Below the pieces are notes generated by a model. The model was not told the origin of the DNA and ran no database searches. It saw only the letters and a program-made list of their open reading frames with translations. A program made the translations under genes and the position numbers. Positions 26,250 to 38,472 of a DNA stretch of 62,853 nt are shown in pieces. The stretch lies in NCBI RefSeq assembly GCF_001194135.2, contig NC_069003.1, forward strand, positions 3,694,587-3,757,439, given 5' to 3'. Within the stretch, counting starts at the first letter, position 1, and every line of letters begins with the position of its first letter. Source of the DNA: Octopus bimaculoides. Lineage: Eukaryota.

Positions 26250-27325
26250 TTAGATTAGTATTACAGTTACATGTATAATTTAGATTAGTATTACAGTTAC
26301 ATGTATAATTTAGATTAGTATTACAGTTACATGTATAATTTAGATTAGTATTACAGTTACATGTATAATTTAGATTACTATTACAGTTACATGTATAATT
26401 TAGATTACTATTACAGTTACATGTATAATTTAGATTACTATTACAGTTACATGTATAATTTAGATTACTATTACAGTTACATGTATAATTTAGATTANNN
26501 NNNNNNNNNNNNNNNNNNNNNNNNNNNNNNNNNNNNNNNNNNNNNNNNNNNNNNNNNNNNNNNNNNNNNNNNNNNNNNNNNNNNNNNNNNNNNNNNNNNN
26601 NNNNNNNNNNNNNNNNNNNNNNNNNNNNNNNNNNNNNNNNNNNNNNNNNNNNNNNNNNNNNNNNNNNNNNNNNNNNNNNNNNNNNNNNNNNNNNNNNNNN
26701 NNNNNNNNNNNNNNNNNNNNNNNNNNNNNNNNNNNNNNNNNNNNNNNNNNNNNNNNNNNNNNNNNNNNNNNNNNNNNNNNNNNNNNNNNNNNNNNNNNNN
26801 NNNNNNNNNNNNNNNNNNNNNNNNNNNNNNNNNNNNNNNNNNNNNNNNNNNNNNNNNNNNNNNNNNNNNNNNNNNNNNNNNNNNNNNNNNNNNNNNNNNN
26901 NNNNNNNNNNNNNNNNNNNNNNNNNNNNNNNNNNNNNNNNNNNNNNNNNNNNNNNNNNNNNNNNNNNNNNNNNNNNNNNNNNNNNNNNNNNNNNNNNNNN
27001 NNNNNNNNNNNNNNNNNNNNNNNNNNNNNNNNNNNNNNNNNNNNNNNNNNNNNNNNNNNNNNNNNNNNNNNNNNNNNNNNNNNNNNNNNNNNNNNNNNNN
27101 NNNNNNNNNNNNNNNNNNNNNNNNNNNNNNNNNNNNNNNNNNNNNNNTGTATAATTTAGATTACTATTACAGTTACATGTATAATTTAGATTACTATTAC
27201 AGTTACATGTATAATTTAGATTACTATTACAGTTACATGTATAATTTAGATTACTATTACAGTTACATGTATAATTTAGATTACTATTACAGTTACATAT
27301 ATAATTTAGATTACTATTACAGTTA
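26250..27325. repeat. 30-bp minisatellite TAGATTA(G/C)TATTACAGTTACATGTATAATT, centre in N gap
   Basis: Period of 30 visible on both sides of the gap 26498-27147. Confidence 0.97.
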
Positions 27326-27853
27326 TATATATATATATATATGTAGTTGAGGTTTGTTCTGTTAAGAACGCATAAGAGTACAATTAGAGCTCGTTCATGC
27401 TACCAATTCTAGTCTCGGATATTCCTCGTGTGTGAAAATAAAAAGTAAAAAGTGGAAGAGTCAGCCATCCACTCCTCATCCATCCGCTTCATGTGCACCC
27501 TCACACCTCATTCCTTATCCTCTCCATCCGTGTCACACCAACTATAGCCCTCAAACATCTCATCTCAGACGCATCTAGTCGCCTCCTTTCTTCCTCTCTC
27601 AGCACCCACGTCTCTGTACAATCAAGCCCACATACACACCTTTATTCGCTTTCAAACTCAACCTTTTATCTCTCAACATACTTTTCACTACAAGTATTTT
27701 ACTCCCTTCCCTTACTCTATATCCCACTTCTTCAGCCAACCCCTCCAAAAATATATACAAACTTACTGTTAACAAAAGTCGGAACGTTTGGCGTTCACTT
27801 CTTCCATAAATGAAGATGCATTGAATACTGTAAAACTGTAAAACGTAGAAGTA

Positions 27854-27892
<39 letters not shown>

Positions 27893-28126
27893 TATGTATA
27901 TACATACACACATATGTATATTTATACATATATATATATGTATGCATGTATGTATATGTCTATGTGGTGTGTATTTAGAGGCATAAACATACACACACGT
28001 TCATATATCGTTTCATTCATACACTGGACTGCCGCCAAGTTACTGTACCGTCAACCAAAAGCACAAACACACACACGCATAAATACATAATCATGAACAC
28101 AGTCACACACATACACAATCACACAA

Positions 28127-28164
<38 letters not shown>

Positions 28165-28894
28165 AGACACACGCACTCACAAGCACACTCACACCAACAC
28201 ACACGCGTATATATATATATATATATATACACTTCAGCGACTGAAAAACTCGACATGCGATAACTAGATGTATCATAGCTTGAAGACTCATTCATCTGTT
28301 AAATTAAGATAGTGCTTTCATTTTATATAATAGTCGAAGGGAAAATAGTTTCAACAGATTAAAATAATTAACGAAAATCCCAGTGGACATAAATCCTCAA
28401 CCGACTTGTGAAAAAAATCGAATGATCGAATATTAAAATGAGAAATGACGGAATAATAAGTATAAATGGTGGAATAAATGGCAAAATAAAGTGAGATAAA
28501 AAAAATCGAGAGCGTTAATGATTTAATAATGGAATAGAGAAACCGCAGATAAAAATGAAACTAAATATGAATATAGAAACAATTAAGTTTCCTATTTTTC
28601 ACGAACTCTCTATATGTTACTACATGTACATAAATATATACAAAGGTATGATCACTCATGCGCAAACTCGTCCAGACACGTAGAAACATACTTGAATACA
28701 CGTTTGTGTATGCATTATAAATGTGACTAGATGAGCACAGTTTCATGGTGGAGGTGATATAAGGTACAATTTACTGATGAAAGAGCAATAACTCTTGAAA
28801 TATGTATATACACCCATTAGCTACTTTGTTTATCTTCGATTGCATTGTTTATATGGACTTGTTCGTATGCGAAACGTAACTCAATGCTGGTTGG

Positions 28895-29046
28895 CACTAG
28901 CGTGGCTAGAGTGTGTGCTGTCCAGGGCGGCCCTTCCTTTTGCCGCCCTCGGACACCACAAAGACACGTTTTGCTTACAACAGGATGAAAAGTGCCGCAC
29001 CTTTAAACGTTCCACCAGGTGCGGACCGCCCCTAGCTACGTTTGTG
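28895..29046. mobile_element. ~150-bp MITE with degenerate TIRs (CAGTGGCGTAGCTAG-type, tentatively PIF/Harbinger-like)
   Basis: Left CACTAGCGTGGCTAG; right CCCCTAGCTACGTTTGTG (reverse complement CACAAACGTAGCTAGGGG); GC-rich interior in AT-rich context. Confidence 0.55.
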
Positions 29047-29804
29047 CTGGTTGGTTCTGAATTCCATTGAATATCTTTAGTTTCTCACTCAAAAACACGA
29101 TGAAATACACGAACTGGCCACAAAATGTGTTGTTTGATGGACAGTGCAACATATACGATATATGATAAGAGCAGAGGATGCGCCTTTCGCGTATGCTTTG
29201 TCGAGAGTTTAACATAATGAAGAATATATTTATTATCCCAATGAGGAATTAATATTTAGAATGTTATGTTCAATGCAAAGAAAATATATAGATAAACATG
29301 GTTGTACGAGTAGCATAGAAGTAATCAGAAAAAAAACCTTCAGAATAACCATAACATGTGTGTTAAAATATAATATCTGGTTGCTGGAAACTAATATTTA
29401 TTGAATTCGCTATATTGGAATTACGAGCAGAAAGGAGAGTGAAACAAAGTTTTCCCAAATAACGATAATTTGAAATTAACGTATAACAGTTCCATGAACA
29501 TACTAGCATTTGATACAACCATTATTAACATTCTTCAGCTGATCTTTTATCGATCATCCGTAATGTATAATTGTCTAACAACTCAACTCTCATATTTGAG
29601 TAAATAAATATCATAAAGTGACATATATACACATACATATACATATACACACCACGCATACACACGCACGCACACACACATACACAAATGTATATAGGCA
29701 CACATCGTTAAAGAGGTAATGAAACAACTTACCCACACATGCATGCAATACACAGAAAAAATCCTTAAACGTACAAACACACGCATTTGTATTCTGTAAG
29801 TAAG

Positions 29805-30260
29805 CGCTTTCGCTGTACAGCGTTTCAAACACACATGTCCTGGACTAATAGCCGTTGAGGGAGTTGTGTTTAGTAATCGTGTTGTCTATTTCCGGTTTCA
29901 TTTCGGTTTTAGTAATGGCGTTATCTATTTCCGGTTTATTCACAGGTTTTAATAATAGTGTTGCTGTATTTCCGGTTTACTTTACTGCAGGAACAACAGA
30001 TTAATGATTGAACTCTTAGATATATCCCATGTCGAAAACATCTAGACATTTGTGCAAATAAACAAATTTAAATATTCCCCTTCTACAAAGTAAAAAAAAA
30101 GAATGATCAACAACGAATATCAAACGGAGAATACATAATTAGAGTTCTAAATCCGAAACTAAACCGGATATAGTCAACATCATTACTAATATAAAACTTC
30201 CTCTATACCTATTATACTAGAACACGCGTGATTGAAAAGTGAAACACGATATCGCGAACA
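29805..30260. mobile_element. Fold-back or MITE-like element with ~110-bp imperfect inverted repeats and internal subrepeats
   Basis: 29805-29915 matches the reverse complement of 30142-30260; three ~41-bp subrepeats containing TATTTCCGGTTT in the left part. Confidence 0.6.
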
Positions 30261-30399
30261 CCACACATAGACACTTCCCGCAAAACATATACTACACCCA
30301 AAATTCTTCCCTGAAGGTTAGTGACGTTCTGTGTAACTTTTCGCTAAATAGTTTACGAGCTTAGATAAAATCCTTCTTTTAAACATATACATATATATA

Positions 30400-30566
30400 G
30401 TTGGAATTTACAAAAAAAAAAATAATAAAAACAAACACAGGTGCGTAAACAACAAACAGGTGTATTAGTTTAACACTCGGGATAGTGAGAAAGCCGTTTA
30501 CATTCCGAGCCTACGCTCTTCAACAGAGAAAGAATTAAAGAAAGCTTTAGTGGCTAGCCGTCAATC
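30400..30566 (-). mobile_element. Repeat carrying a degenerate hammerhead-like motif (Penelope terminal-repeat-like), copy 1
   Basis: Colinear with 51134-51340 and 52402-52593; minus strand CTGTTGAA-GAGC-GTAG-GCTC-GGAATGTA. Confidence 0.6.
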
Positions 30567-30672
30567 TATATCACAGCATGACACTAAGATGTGCTTAATA
30601 GCGATATACCAAAATCTACAAATTGGCATTATACCAAACCATATACAGTAGTGATAATCAAACATCAGAAAT
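30562..30672 (+). repeat. ~110-bp direct repeat, copy 1
   Basis: CAATCTATATCACAGCATGA...AACATCAGAAAT recurs at 32167-32277. Confidence 0.9.
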
Positions 30673-31611
30673 CTCTCTCTCCCCCTCTCCCCCTCCCCCT
30701 CTCTCACTGCTTTTGTTTCTCTCTCCCCCTCCCCCTCTCTCACTGCTTTTGTTTCTCTCTCCCCCTCCCCCTCTCNNNNNNNNNNNNNNNNNNNNNNNNN
30801 NNNNNNNNNNNNNNNNNNNNNNNNNNNNNNNNNNNNNNNNNNNNNNNNNNNNNNNNNNNNNNNNNNNNNNNNNNNNNNNNNNNNNNNNNNNNNNNNNNNN
30901 NNNNNNNNNNNNNNNNNNNNNNNNNNNNNNNNNNNNNNNNNNNNNNNNNNNNNNNNNNNNNNNNNNNNNNNNNNNNNNNNNNNNNNNNNNNNNNNNNNNN
31001 NNNNNNNNNNNNNNNNNNNNNNNNNNNNNNNNNNNNNNNNNNNNNNNNNNNNNNNNNNNNNNNNNNNNNNNNNNNNNNNNNNNNNNNNNNNNNNNNNNNN
31101 NNNNNNNNNNNNNNNNNNNNNNNNNNNNNNNNNNNNNNNNNNNNNNNNNNNNNNNNNNNNNNNNNNNNNNNNNNNNNNNNNNNNNNNNNNNNNNNNNNNN
31201 NNNNNNNNNNNNNNNNNNNNNNNNNNNNNNNNNNNNNNNNNNNNNNNNNNNNNNNNNNNNNNNNNNNNNNNNNNNNNNNNNNNNNNNNNNNNNNNNNNNN
31301 NNNNNNNNNNNNNNNNNNNNNNNNNNNNNNNNNNNNNNNNNNNNNNNNNNNNNNNNNNNNNNNNNNNNNNNNNNNNNNNNNNNNNNNNNNNNNNNNNNNN
31401 NNNNNNNNNNNNNNNNNNNNNNNNNNNNNNNNNNNNNNNNNNNNNNNNNNNNNNNNNNNNNNNNNNNNNNNNNNNNNNNNNNNNNNNNNNNNNNNNNNNN
31501 NNNNNNNNNNNNNNNNNNNNNNNNNNCTCACTGCTTTTGTTTCTCTCTCTCCCCCCTCTCTCACTGCTTTTGTTTCTCTCCCCCTCTCCCTCTCCCTCTC
31601 TCTCTCTCTCT
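30672..31611. repeat. 36-bp CT-rich minisatellite CTCACTGCTTTTGTTTCTCTCTCCCCCTCCCCCTCT, centre in N gap
   Basis: Units visible on both sides of gap 30776-31526. Confidence 0.93.
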
Positions 31612-32166
31612 GCAGCAGTATCAGCGAGAAGCATCATTTAGGCATAAGAGAAACAGAGGTTAGTTGAAATATGTTTGTGGGATATTTCAATTTCTAAATT
31701 CACTGCAGTTAAAAATATTCTCCCCTATGGGAAAACGGTGGGAAAAAGACATATCTATCCCGTGCTGTCCCCCGTCGTAATCCCAGTTATGTTTCTAGTT
31801 CTGTAGCCGTTATCAATGAGAAATACCGAAGAGAGGCAACTCTGGACAGACATAATTTAAGCCGCGGCTTTAACTAAAACACAGACAATAACGGTGAATA
31901 TGTTGTGCCATTAGACCGCAACGTTAGAAACAGCTACATCAATATTTGCGCCACACAGTGTTTACACATAAGCGAACTAGAGGTAACTTGACATTTTTCT
32001 GATGTGGTGGTCTAATCGCATCCTGTCTTAACGGCCACTGCTTATCTCTCCGAGATTAAGCAATGAAAATTACACTTCAAATGGCGTTGTATCAAACCCT
32101 AAATGTAGGTATTATACTAGGAACTATTTTTAACATTATACCAAGTTGCATAAAAAATTGTAACGA

Positions 32167-32277
32167 CAATCTATATCATAGCATGAAACCAAGATGTGCT
32201 TAATGGCGATATACCAAAATCTACGAACTGGCATTATACCAAACTTTATACAATAGCGATATATCAACATCAGAAAT
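32167..32277 (+). repeat. ~110-bp direct repeat, copy 2
   Basis: Matches 30562-30672 with scattered substitutions. Confidence 0.9.
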
Positions 32278-32724
32278 TATATAACATAAATAATAAATTT
32301 TTATTATTAGTATTAGAGTTTATGAACAGCAAATGGAGAAGAACGAAATAAAATAAACAAAACAAACTGCAGTAAATCAAGAAATTGGGAGGCAAAACAT
32401 GGCTGCAACCACAGCTTCATTAAGAACACAAGCAATGAATGAATGGCGACGGAAGACAAATCACCATACCCCTCCTGCTCCCGCTCCTCTTCATCATGAT
32501 AATCATCATCATTATCATCATGATCAGCAGCAGCAGCGGCCTCATTGGCAACGACTCTAATAATCAGAAGAAATGATCTTTCAAAAAGAAATATGAAATA
32601 GAATTTTTAAAATATACAAAAAAAAAAAAAAAAAAAAATAGTCTGCAATAAAGATAAGAGAAACAAATCTGTAACAATGTGAATATTAATAGTAAAAAGT
32701 AGTAACAACATCAACAACAACAGC

Positions 32725-32770
<46 letters not shown>

Positions 32771-32988
32771 TTGGTTTCACATTTTGACAGAAATGGTGCG
32801 ATTTGGGGATAAGGGATGAGTCGATTACATTGACCCTTCCCCCCTCCCCCAGTGTGTCAATGGTACTTATTTCATCGACCCAGAAAAGATAAGAGGTAAA
32901 TTCGACCTCGGCGGAATTTGAACTCAGAAAGTAGCGGCGGGCGAAATACCGCTAAGCATTTCGTCTACGATTCTGCCAGCTCACCGCC
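32771..32988 (-). mobile_element. SINE family C, full length, flanked by (AAT)n on both sides
   Basis: Reverse head GATTCTGCCAGCTCACCGCC, GGAATTTGAACTC, central domain. Confidence 0.85.
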
Positions 32989-34061
32989 GAAATAATAATA
33001 ATGATAATAATAATAATAACAAAGACAACTATGGCGAACACAATAACAGCAGTAATAGTGGTGGTGTGTAGTTGTCGTTGATGTAGTAGTTATACTAATA
33101 TTAATAGTAGTAGTTATATTAGCATTAATATTGTTAACGTCCATAATGAAAGTAATAATAATGATGCGTAAATGTCAATGGCGTCACATTAAAACACACA
33201 AGGCAAACAATAATAGCGAGTGCCTAGGAAATGGAATGTAAATCAAGTCGAATATCAATGACAATGTTTGATAAGCTTTGCTTATCTTCGCCTGATATTA
33301 TCTTTCTCGACTACCTATCGCCCACCATATCACTATTTATCTGTGTATATGTGTGTGTGCGTGTGTATGCGTATGTACATATGTATGTTTATATGTATGT
33401 ATGTATGTGTATATTTGTGTATGTTATGTATCAATGTTTGTATGTACGTATATATATATATATATATATNNNNNNNNNNNNNNNNNNNNNNNNNNNNNNN
33501 NNNNNNNNNNNNNNNNNNNNNNNNNNNNNNNNNNNNNNNNNNNNNNNNNNNNNNNNNNNNNNNNNNNNNCCAGAGATATGTAGGAGTGTATACATATATA
33601 CCATAAACCACCTCATCAAGCTTTTGATAATGTTGCTATTAACAAGCAGGGTCGGGTCAGGATGGAAAGGCACAACATATTTTTTGGGCGTACTAATTGT
33701 TGTTAATTCTTCCGTCCTCCTCTATCCCCCGGAGGAAGGTGACGTGACGAAGGTGATTGCAAGAGGTTGGTGCAACCGATAACGTTGGCCTAAGCTTATT
33801 ATATTTCCTGCTGTGTGTAGATATGCTTATCAGTAAATGGAAAATTTGTTTATTTCAGTAACGGTAAATTATAAAAGCGAAACACTGCTCTACTGCCTTA
33901 AACGGGTAACCTCTATGTGATCTATCGATTTGTTAGAAATAGCAACGAAATCAGCACTAAATGGCATAACAAACATGTGATCCAGTAATATGGCTTGTTG
34001 GATAATGAGGTCGAGTATTCCATGCTTTCGCTTAAGTATAGCGTGCGTTCGATCATATTGT

Positions 34062-34160
34062 CTTCATCTTTTATCTTCTTGTTTTTGTCATTAGACAGTG
34101 GCCATGATGGGGCACTGCATCAAGGGTTCAATTCGACAGAATGAACCCCCGGAAATGGGG
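34062..34160 (-). mobile_element. SINE family E, 3' fragment
   Basis: TTTTATCTT...GTCATTAGACAGTGGCCATGATGGGGCAC is the reverse complement of the pattern at 2655-2760. Confidence 0.6.
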
Positions 34161-34284
34161 GGGGGTTCATTTTATTTTAGCTGTGTACATATTCTGTTGG
34201 TCACTCTATCGATCCGTTCACGTGATTGTAAACACAAAAGCACCGGAATTCAAGTTGTACTGGACAAACACAAACACACAAGCG

Positions 34285-34510
34285 CGCGCGCTCACACACA
34301 CACACACACACAGGCACACACACTCACACACGCTCACACAAACAGACATATTCACACACACACACACACAGACAATCACACATTCACACACACACAGACA
34401 ATCACACATTCACACACACACACAGACAATCACACATATTCACACACACACACAGACAATCACACATATTCACACACACATATTCACACACACACACACA
34501 CGCACACAAT

Positions 34511-34540
<30 letters not shown>
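34285..34540. repeat. Complex (CA)n with repeated CACAGACAATCACACA units, forming the tail of the adjacent SINE
   Basis: Directly visible; abuts the 3' end of the SINE at 34541. Confidence 0.9.
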
Positions 34541-34542
<2 letters not shown>

Positions 34543-34702
34543 GCGCTTCTTTCAGTATCTGTCTGCCGACTCTGCTCACAAGGGCATTGATCCGCCCGAG
34601 GTCATAGTGAAAGACACTTGCCAAAGTGGCATGGCGCTCAATGAGCCTGAACCCGGAACCATGTGGTTGGGAAGCAAAATTCCTACTGCCCAGCCACGCC
34701 TG
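34541..34702 (-). mobile_element. SINE family B, full length
   Basis: Reverse complement CAGGCGTGGCTGG...CCCAACCACATGGTTCCGGGTTCAG...GGCAAGTGTCTT...ACTGAAAGAAGC matches 1811-1980. Confidence 0.8.
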
Positions 34703-35426
34703 GGCCTATATCTACTAGTCCCTGGCTTACCTGGAGTCAATCAACTACAACAAATTCACAATAATATTGGCGTGATCTCTCTATTGTCACACAGCCCGTC
34801 AGAAGTAAATCTCCCTCAAATCAGACTGATCGTTAATGAAAAACACAGTGTTTAATGCCATCCCTTGTTGCTTGTTCATCCGGAGAAAAAAATCAAAACA
34901 GGCTCACCACGGTTCACATCAATGATCTCCTTCAGAATGAACCACATGTTAAGCAACAGCAACGGCAACAAAGGGGACAAACAACTACCCTTAGCGAGGT
35001 CGATTGATGTGCTAGAAATAGCATTGAATTCTCGCTCGGATCACATCTAGTCACACGAAACATGATTGCTGTGTCGCAGAATGTAGTCTTTGAAACGATC
35101 AGAAGGGAAAACGGAATGAAGATTGTTGGAAGGTTTTAAATCGTAGGTTCGAATGGATCAGACCTCATTTGGGACAAAACATTGAGAACGCTAAGAATGA
35201 CAACAACACATATCTAAAACGTGGTCGAAATAATATTACATTCCGCTTGAACAGATAATGTTTAAACAAGGGAATCTTGTAAAGAAGACAAGAAGAAAAA
35301 CACAATGTTTGGGAGGGGACGTATGTGTTTTATGCGTGACAATGTGAGCGGCAAGAAGAAAAATTGTTGTAGAACGTAGGATATATGGTATAAAGACTGA
35401 GAGATGGATAGAAAGTGGGAGAGAGC

Positions 35427-35460
<34 letters not shown>

Positions 35461-35961
35461 GAGAGAGGGAGGACGAGAGAGGGAGGACGAGAGAGGGAGT
35501 GAGAGAGAGAGAGGGAGAGGGAGGACGAGGGAGGGAGTGAGAGAGAGTGAAAAGCGAAAGTGTTATATAGTGATACAATAATAATCCGCACATTATGGTT
35601 TAATAGCAGATGAAGACTATCATAGCATAAAACTTATAAATTGCTTTCCAGGCATTGTCAACCTCTTTCCGTATGTTAGTAGGGCTACATAGAATTGTTC
35701 TTCATGAAATTTATGGCAGCAGAGACATTTTCTAGGAAAATGTAGCTGCTATATTTTGAGGTTCACCTGTTGCCGTATGAGATATAGACATTATGACACT
35801 CTTCTATAAGGATTCATTATATCTATTTTCGCAGCTGCTTGCAGAGATGTAGAATTATTTGAGACCGAATAGAATAAATGAAAATAGATATGCAACGTAC
35901 CTAGCGGGTTAGATAATCTTTCATCGGCTTAACGTCAGACAAATTAGAATATAGTTATCAT

Positions 35962-35995
<34 letters not shown>

Positions 35996-36904
35996 TGTGT
36001 GTGTGTGTTTGTGTATGTGTGTGTGTGTGTGTGTCAACATGCCCGCATTGTATATACAAACGTAGAACTATATATATATATNNNNNNNNNNNNNNNNNNN
36101 NNNNNNNNNNNNNNNNNNNNNNNNNNNNNNNNNNNNNNNNNNNNNNNNNNNNNNNNNNNNNNNNNNNNNNNNNNNNNNNNNNNNNNNNNNNNNNNNNNNN
36201 NNNNNNNNNNNNNNNNNNNNNNNNNNNNNNNNNNNNNNNNNNNNNNNNNNNNNNNNNNNNNNNNNNNNNNNNNNNNNNNNNNNNNNNNNNNNNNNNNNNN
36301 NNNNNNNNNNNNNNNNNNNNNNNNNNNNNNNNNNNNNNNNNNNNNNNNNNNNNNNNNNNNNNNNNNNNNNNNNNNNNNNNNNNNNNNNNNNNNNNNNNNN
36401 NNNNNNNNNNNNNNNNNNNNNNNNNNNNNNNNNNNNNNNNNNNNNNNNNNNNNNNNNNNNNNNNNNNNNNNNNNNNNNNNNNNNNNNNNNNNNNNNNNNN
36501 NNNNNNNNNNNNNNNNNNNNNNNNNNNNNNNNNNNNNNNNNNNNNNNNNNNNNNNNNNNNNNNNNNNNNNNNNNNNNNNNNNNNNNNNNNNNNNNNNNNN
36601 NNNNNNNNNNNNNNNNNNNNNNNNNNNNNNNNNNNNNNNNNNNNNNNNNNNNNNNNNNNNNNNNNNNNNNNNNNNNNNNNNNNNNNNNNNNNNNNNNNNN
36701 NNNNNNNNNNNNNNNNNNNNNNNNNNNNNNNNNNNNNNNNNNNNNNNNNNNNNNNNNNNNNNNNNNNNNNNNNNNNNNNNNNNNNNNNNNNNNNNNNNNN
36801 NNNNNNNNNNNNNNNNNNNNNNNNNNNNNNNNNNNNNNNNNNNNNNNNNNNNNNNNNNNNNNNNNNNNNNNNNNNNNNNNNNNNNNNNNNNNNNNNNNNN
36901 NNNN

Positions 36905-36947
<43 letters not shown>

Positions 36948-37849
36948 TGAGTATATGTATATGGATGCATTTATGCGTGTATTTACGTGTGTATTCGTGC
37001 CAGACAAGCGCTTTCAGTGATCGACATATTCTTGTGTGAATTTGTGTGAAGTTATGTCTAATTTTGCATGTGTGTGTGTGTGTGTGTGTGTGAAAGAGAT
37101 AGAGAGAAAGAGAGAGAGAATGAAATGGAGAGGCGAGAAAGTGTGAGTGCGCCAATGTGCGCTTGCGTGTGATGTCAAGTTGGCAGAGTGTTCCAAGACA
37201 AAAGCATTCTCCGTTGCCAAGCTCAGCTACTTTCTACAACAAAGATATTTCGTTTGAAATTATCCGTGCATGATTTGACGAAAAGAATAACATGAAGAGC
37301 AGCTGAAACTGGTTAATTTTTGTTAATAGCCAGACATTATGGCGTTGTATAAGCGAGGAGTCGATCAATTAAAAGATACGCCAAAGGCAGAAGCCATAAG
37401 GAACTCACTTAGACTATATCTTTGCTTCCTATTCTATCTTTCGTTTCATTCATGGTTGTTTATATTTTCCCAAATGTGGCAAGACTATAGAGTTCTCTCA
37501 GCAAGACGATAAGAAGAAATGACGTTCATCCAAAATAGTCTAGAATTTAGCGTTAGCAATCGATCGTATAAAAACCAGGTCGATGCAAGTGTCAGACGTG
37601 GCTGCATGCATATCTGGGTGAAAAGAAATTCGGTTCGCAAAGACAGGACTGCAAATATAAGGTTCAATGCTTAGCAAATCTTTCCGTATAGGTAAAGTTT
37701 GGTAGACAGGAATTTAACCAAACGGAAGAATATTGTATGTATGCTCTCGTTTTCTGTTTTGCTTAGAGTAAATTTTGACCGGCCACCTAGCAAGATTGCG
37801 ACGAAAACATTTTATTTGGATCAACATTCTTTAAAGGTTAAGAAGGTCG

Positions 37850-38120
37850 TGCAGAATGTTATAGCCCTAGGTATTGTGATCATTGGCAGCATATGAATTA
37901 AGGATTTGCTTCTTCTCCTGAATATCCCAAGTTCAAGCATACCTTGCTCCAGGTAGGTTGGTATGTATCCTGTTGCACCAATAATAAATGTCATGGAGTT
38001 GAAAGTGCAGCGTGAGCCCTCGACCTGGAATCTCCTCATCAATCGTCCATGTACGACCTCTTGTATTTTTCTAACAACATCAGTGTCCAAAGAGCAGCTG
38101 ATTTTCACAACAGACCATAG
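37850..38120 (-). mobile_element. Decayed C-terminal endonuclease region of an RLE-type (R4/Dong/NeSL-like) non-LTR retrotransposon
   Basis: VVKISCSLDTDVVRKIQE...TFIIGATGYIPTYLEQGMLELG resembles the RLE C-terminus (xxIxxP.D.N...K..EK...PxxIGAxG.xP...L..LG). Confidence 0.6.
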
Positions 38121-38269
38121 TTTTTCTATGTATGTATGTATGTATATATGTACGTATGTGTGCATGTAAGTTTGTATGTGTGTCTCTTCTATTTTTCAAT
38201 CATTATAAATCTTCCACTGAGGTGGGAGCTGGTTTCCAACAAAGATACAAGGTTCCGTTTTTGGGATGC

Positions 38270-38472
38270 ATGTATGTATATATGTATGTATACATGTATG
38301 TATACATGTATGTATACATGTATGTATACATGTATGTATACATGTATGTATACATGTATGTATACATGTATGTATACATGTATGTATACATGTATGTATA
38401 CATGTATGTATACATGTATGTATACATGTATGTATACATGTATGTATACATGTATGTATACATGTATGTATG
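38270..38472. repeat. Near-perfect 12-bp tandem repeat (TATACATGTATG)n, about 15 units
   Basis: Directly visible. Confidence 0.97.

Noticed and set aside
26250-27325. Regular repeats as a CRISPR array
   Set aside because: Units are contiguous with no unique spacers, there are no cas genes, and the context is eukaryotic.
26361-27350. 329-aa ORF of YNLDYYYSYM repeats
   Set aside because: Translation of a stop-free 30-bp minisatellite plus an N gap; no coding context.
30561-31667. ~350-aa ORFs on both strands
   Set aside because: 36-bp minisatellite and a 751-N gap.
35961-37155. Long ORFs across gaps (also 47824-48697, 50001-51277, 58104-59087)
   Set aside because: Mostly X residues flanked by (TA)n/(CA)n translations.
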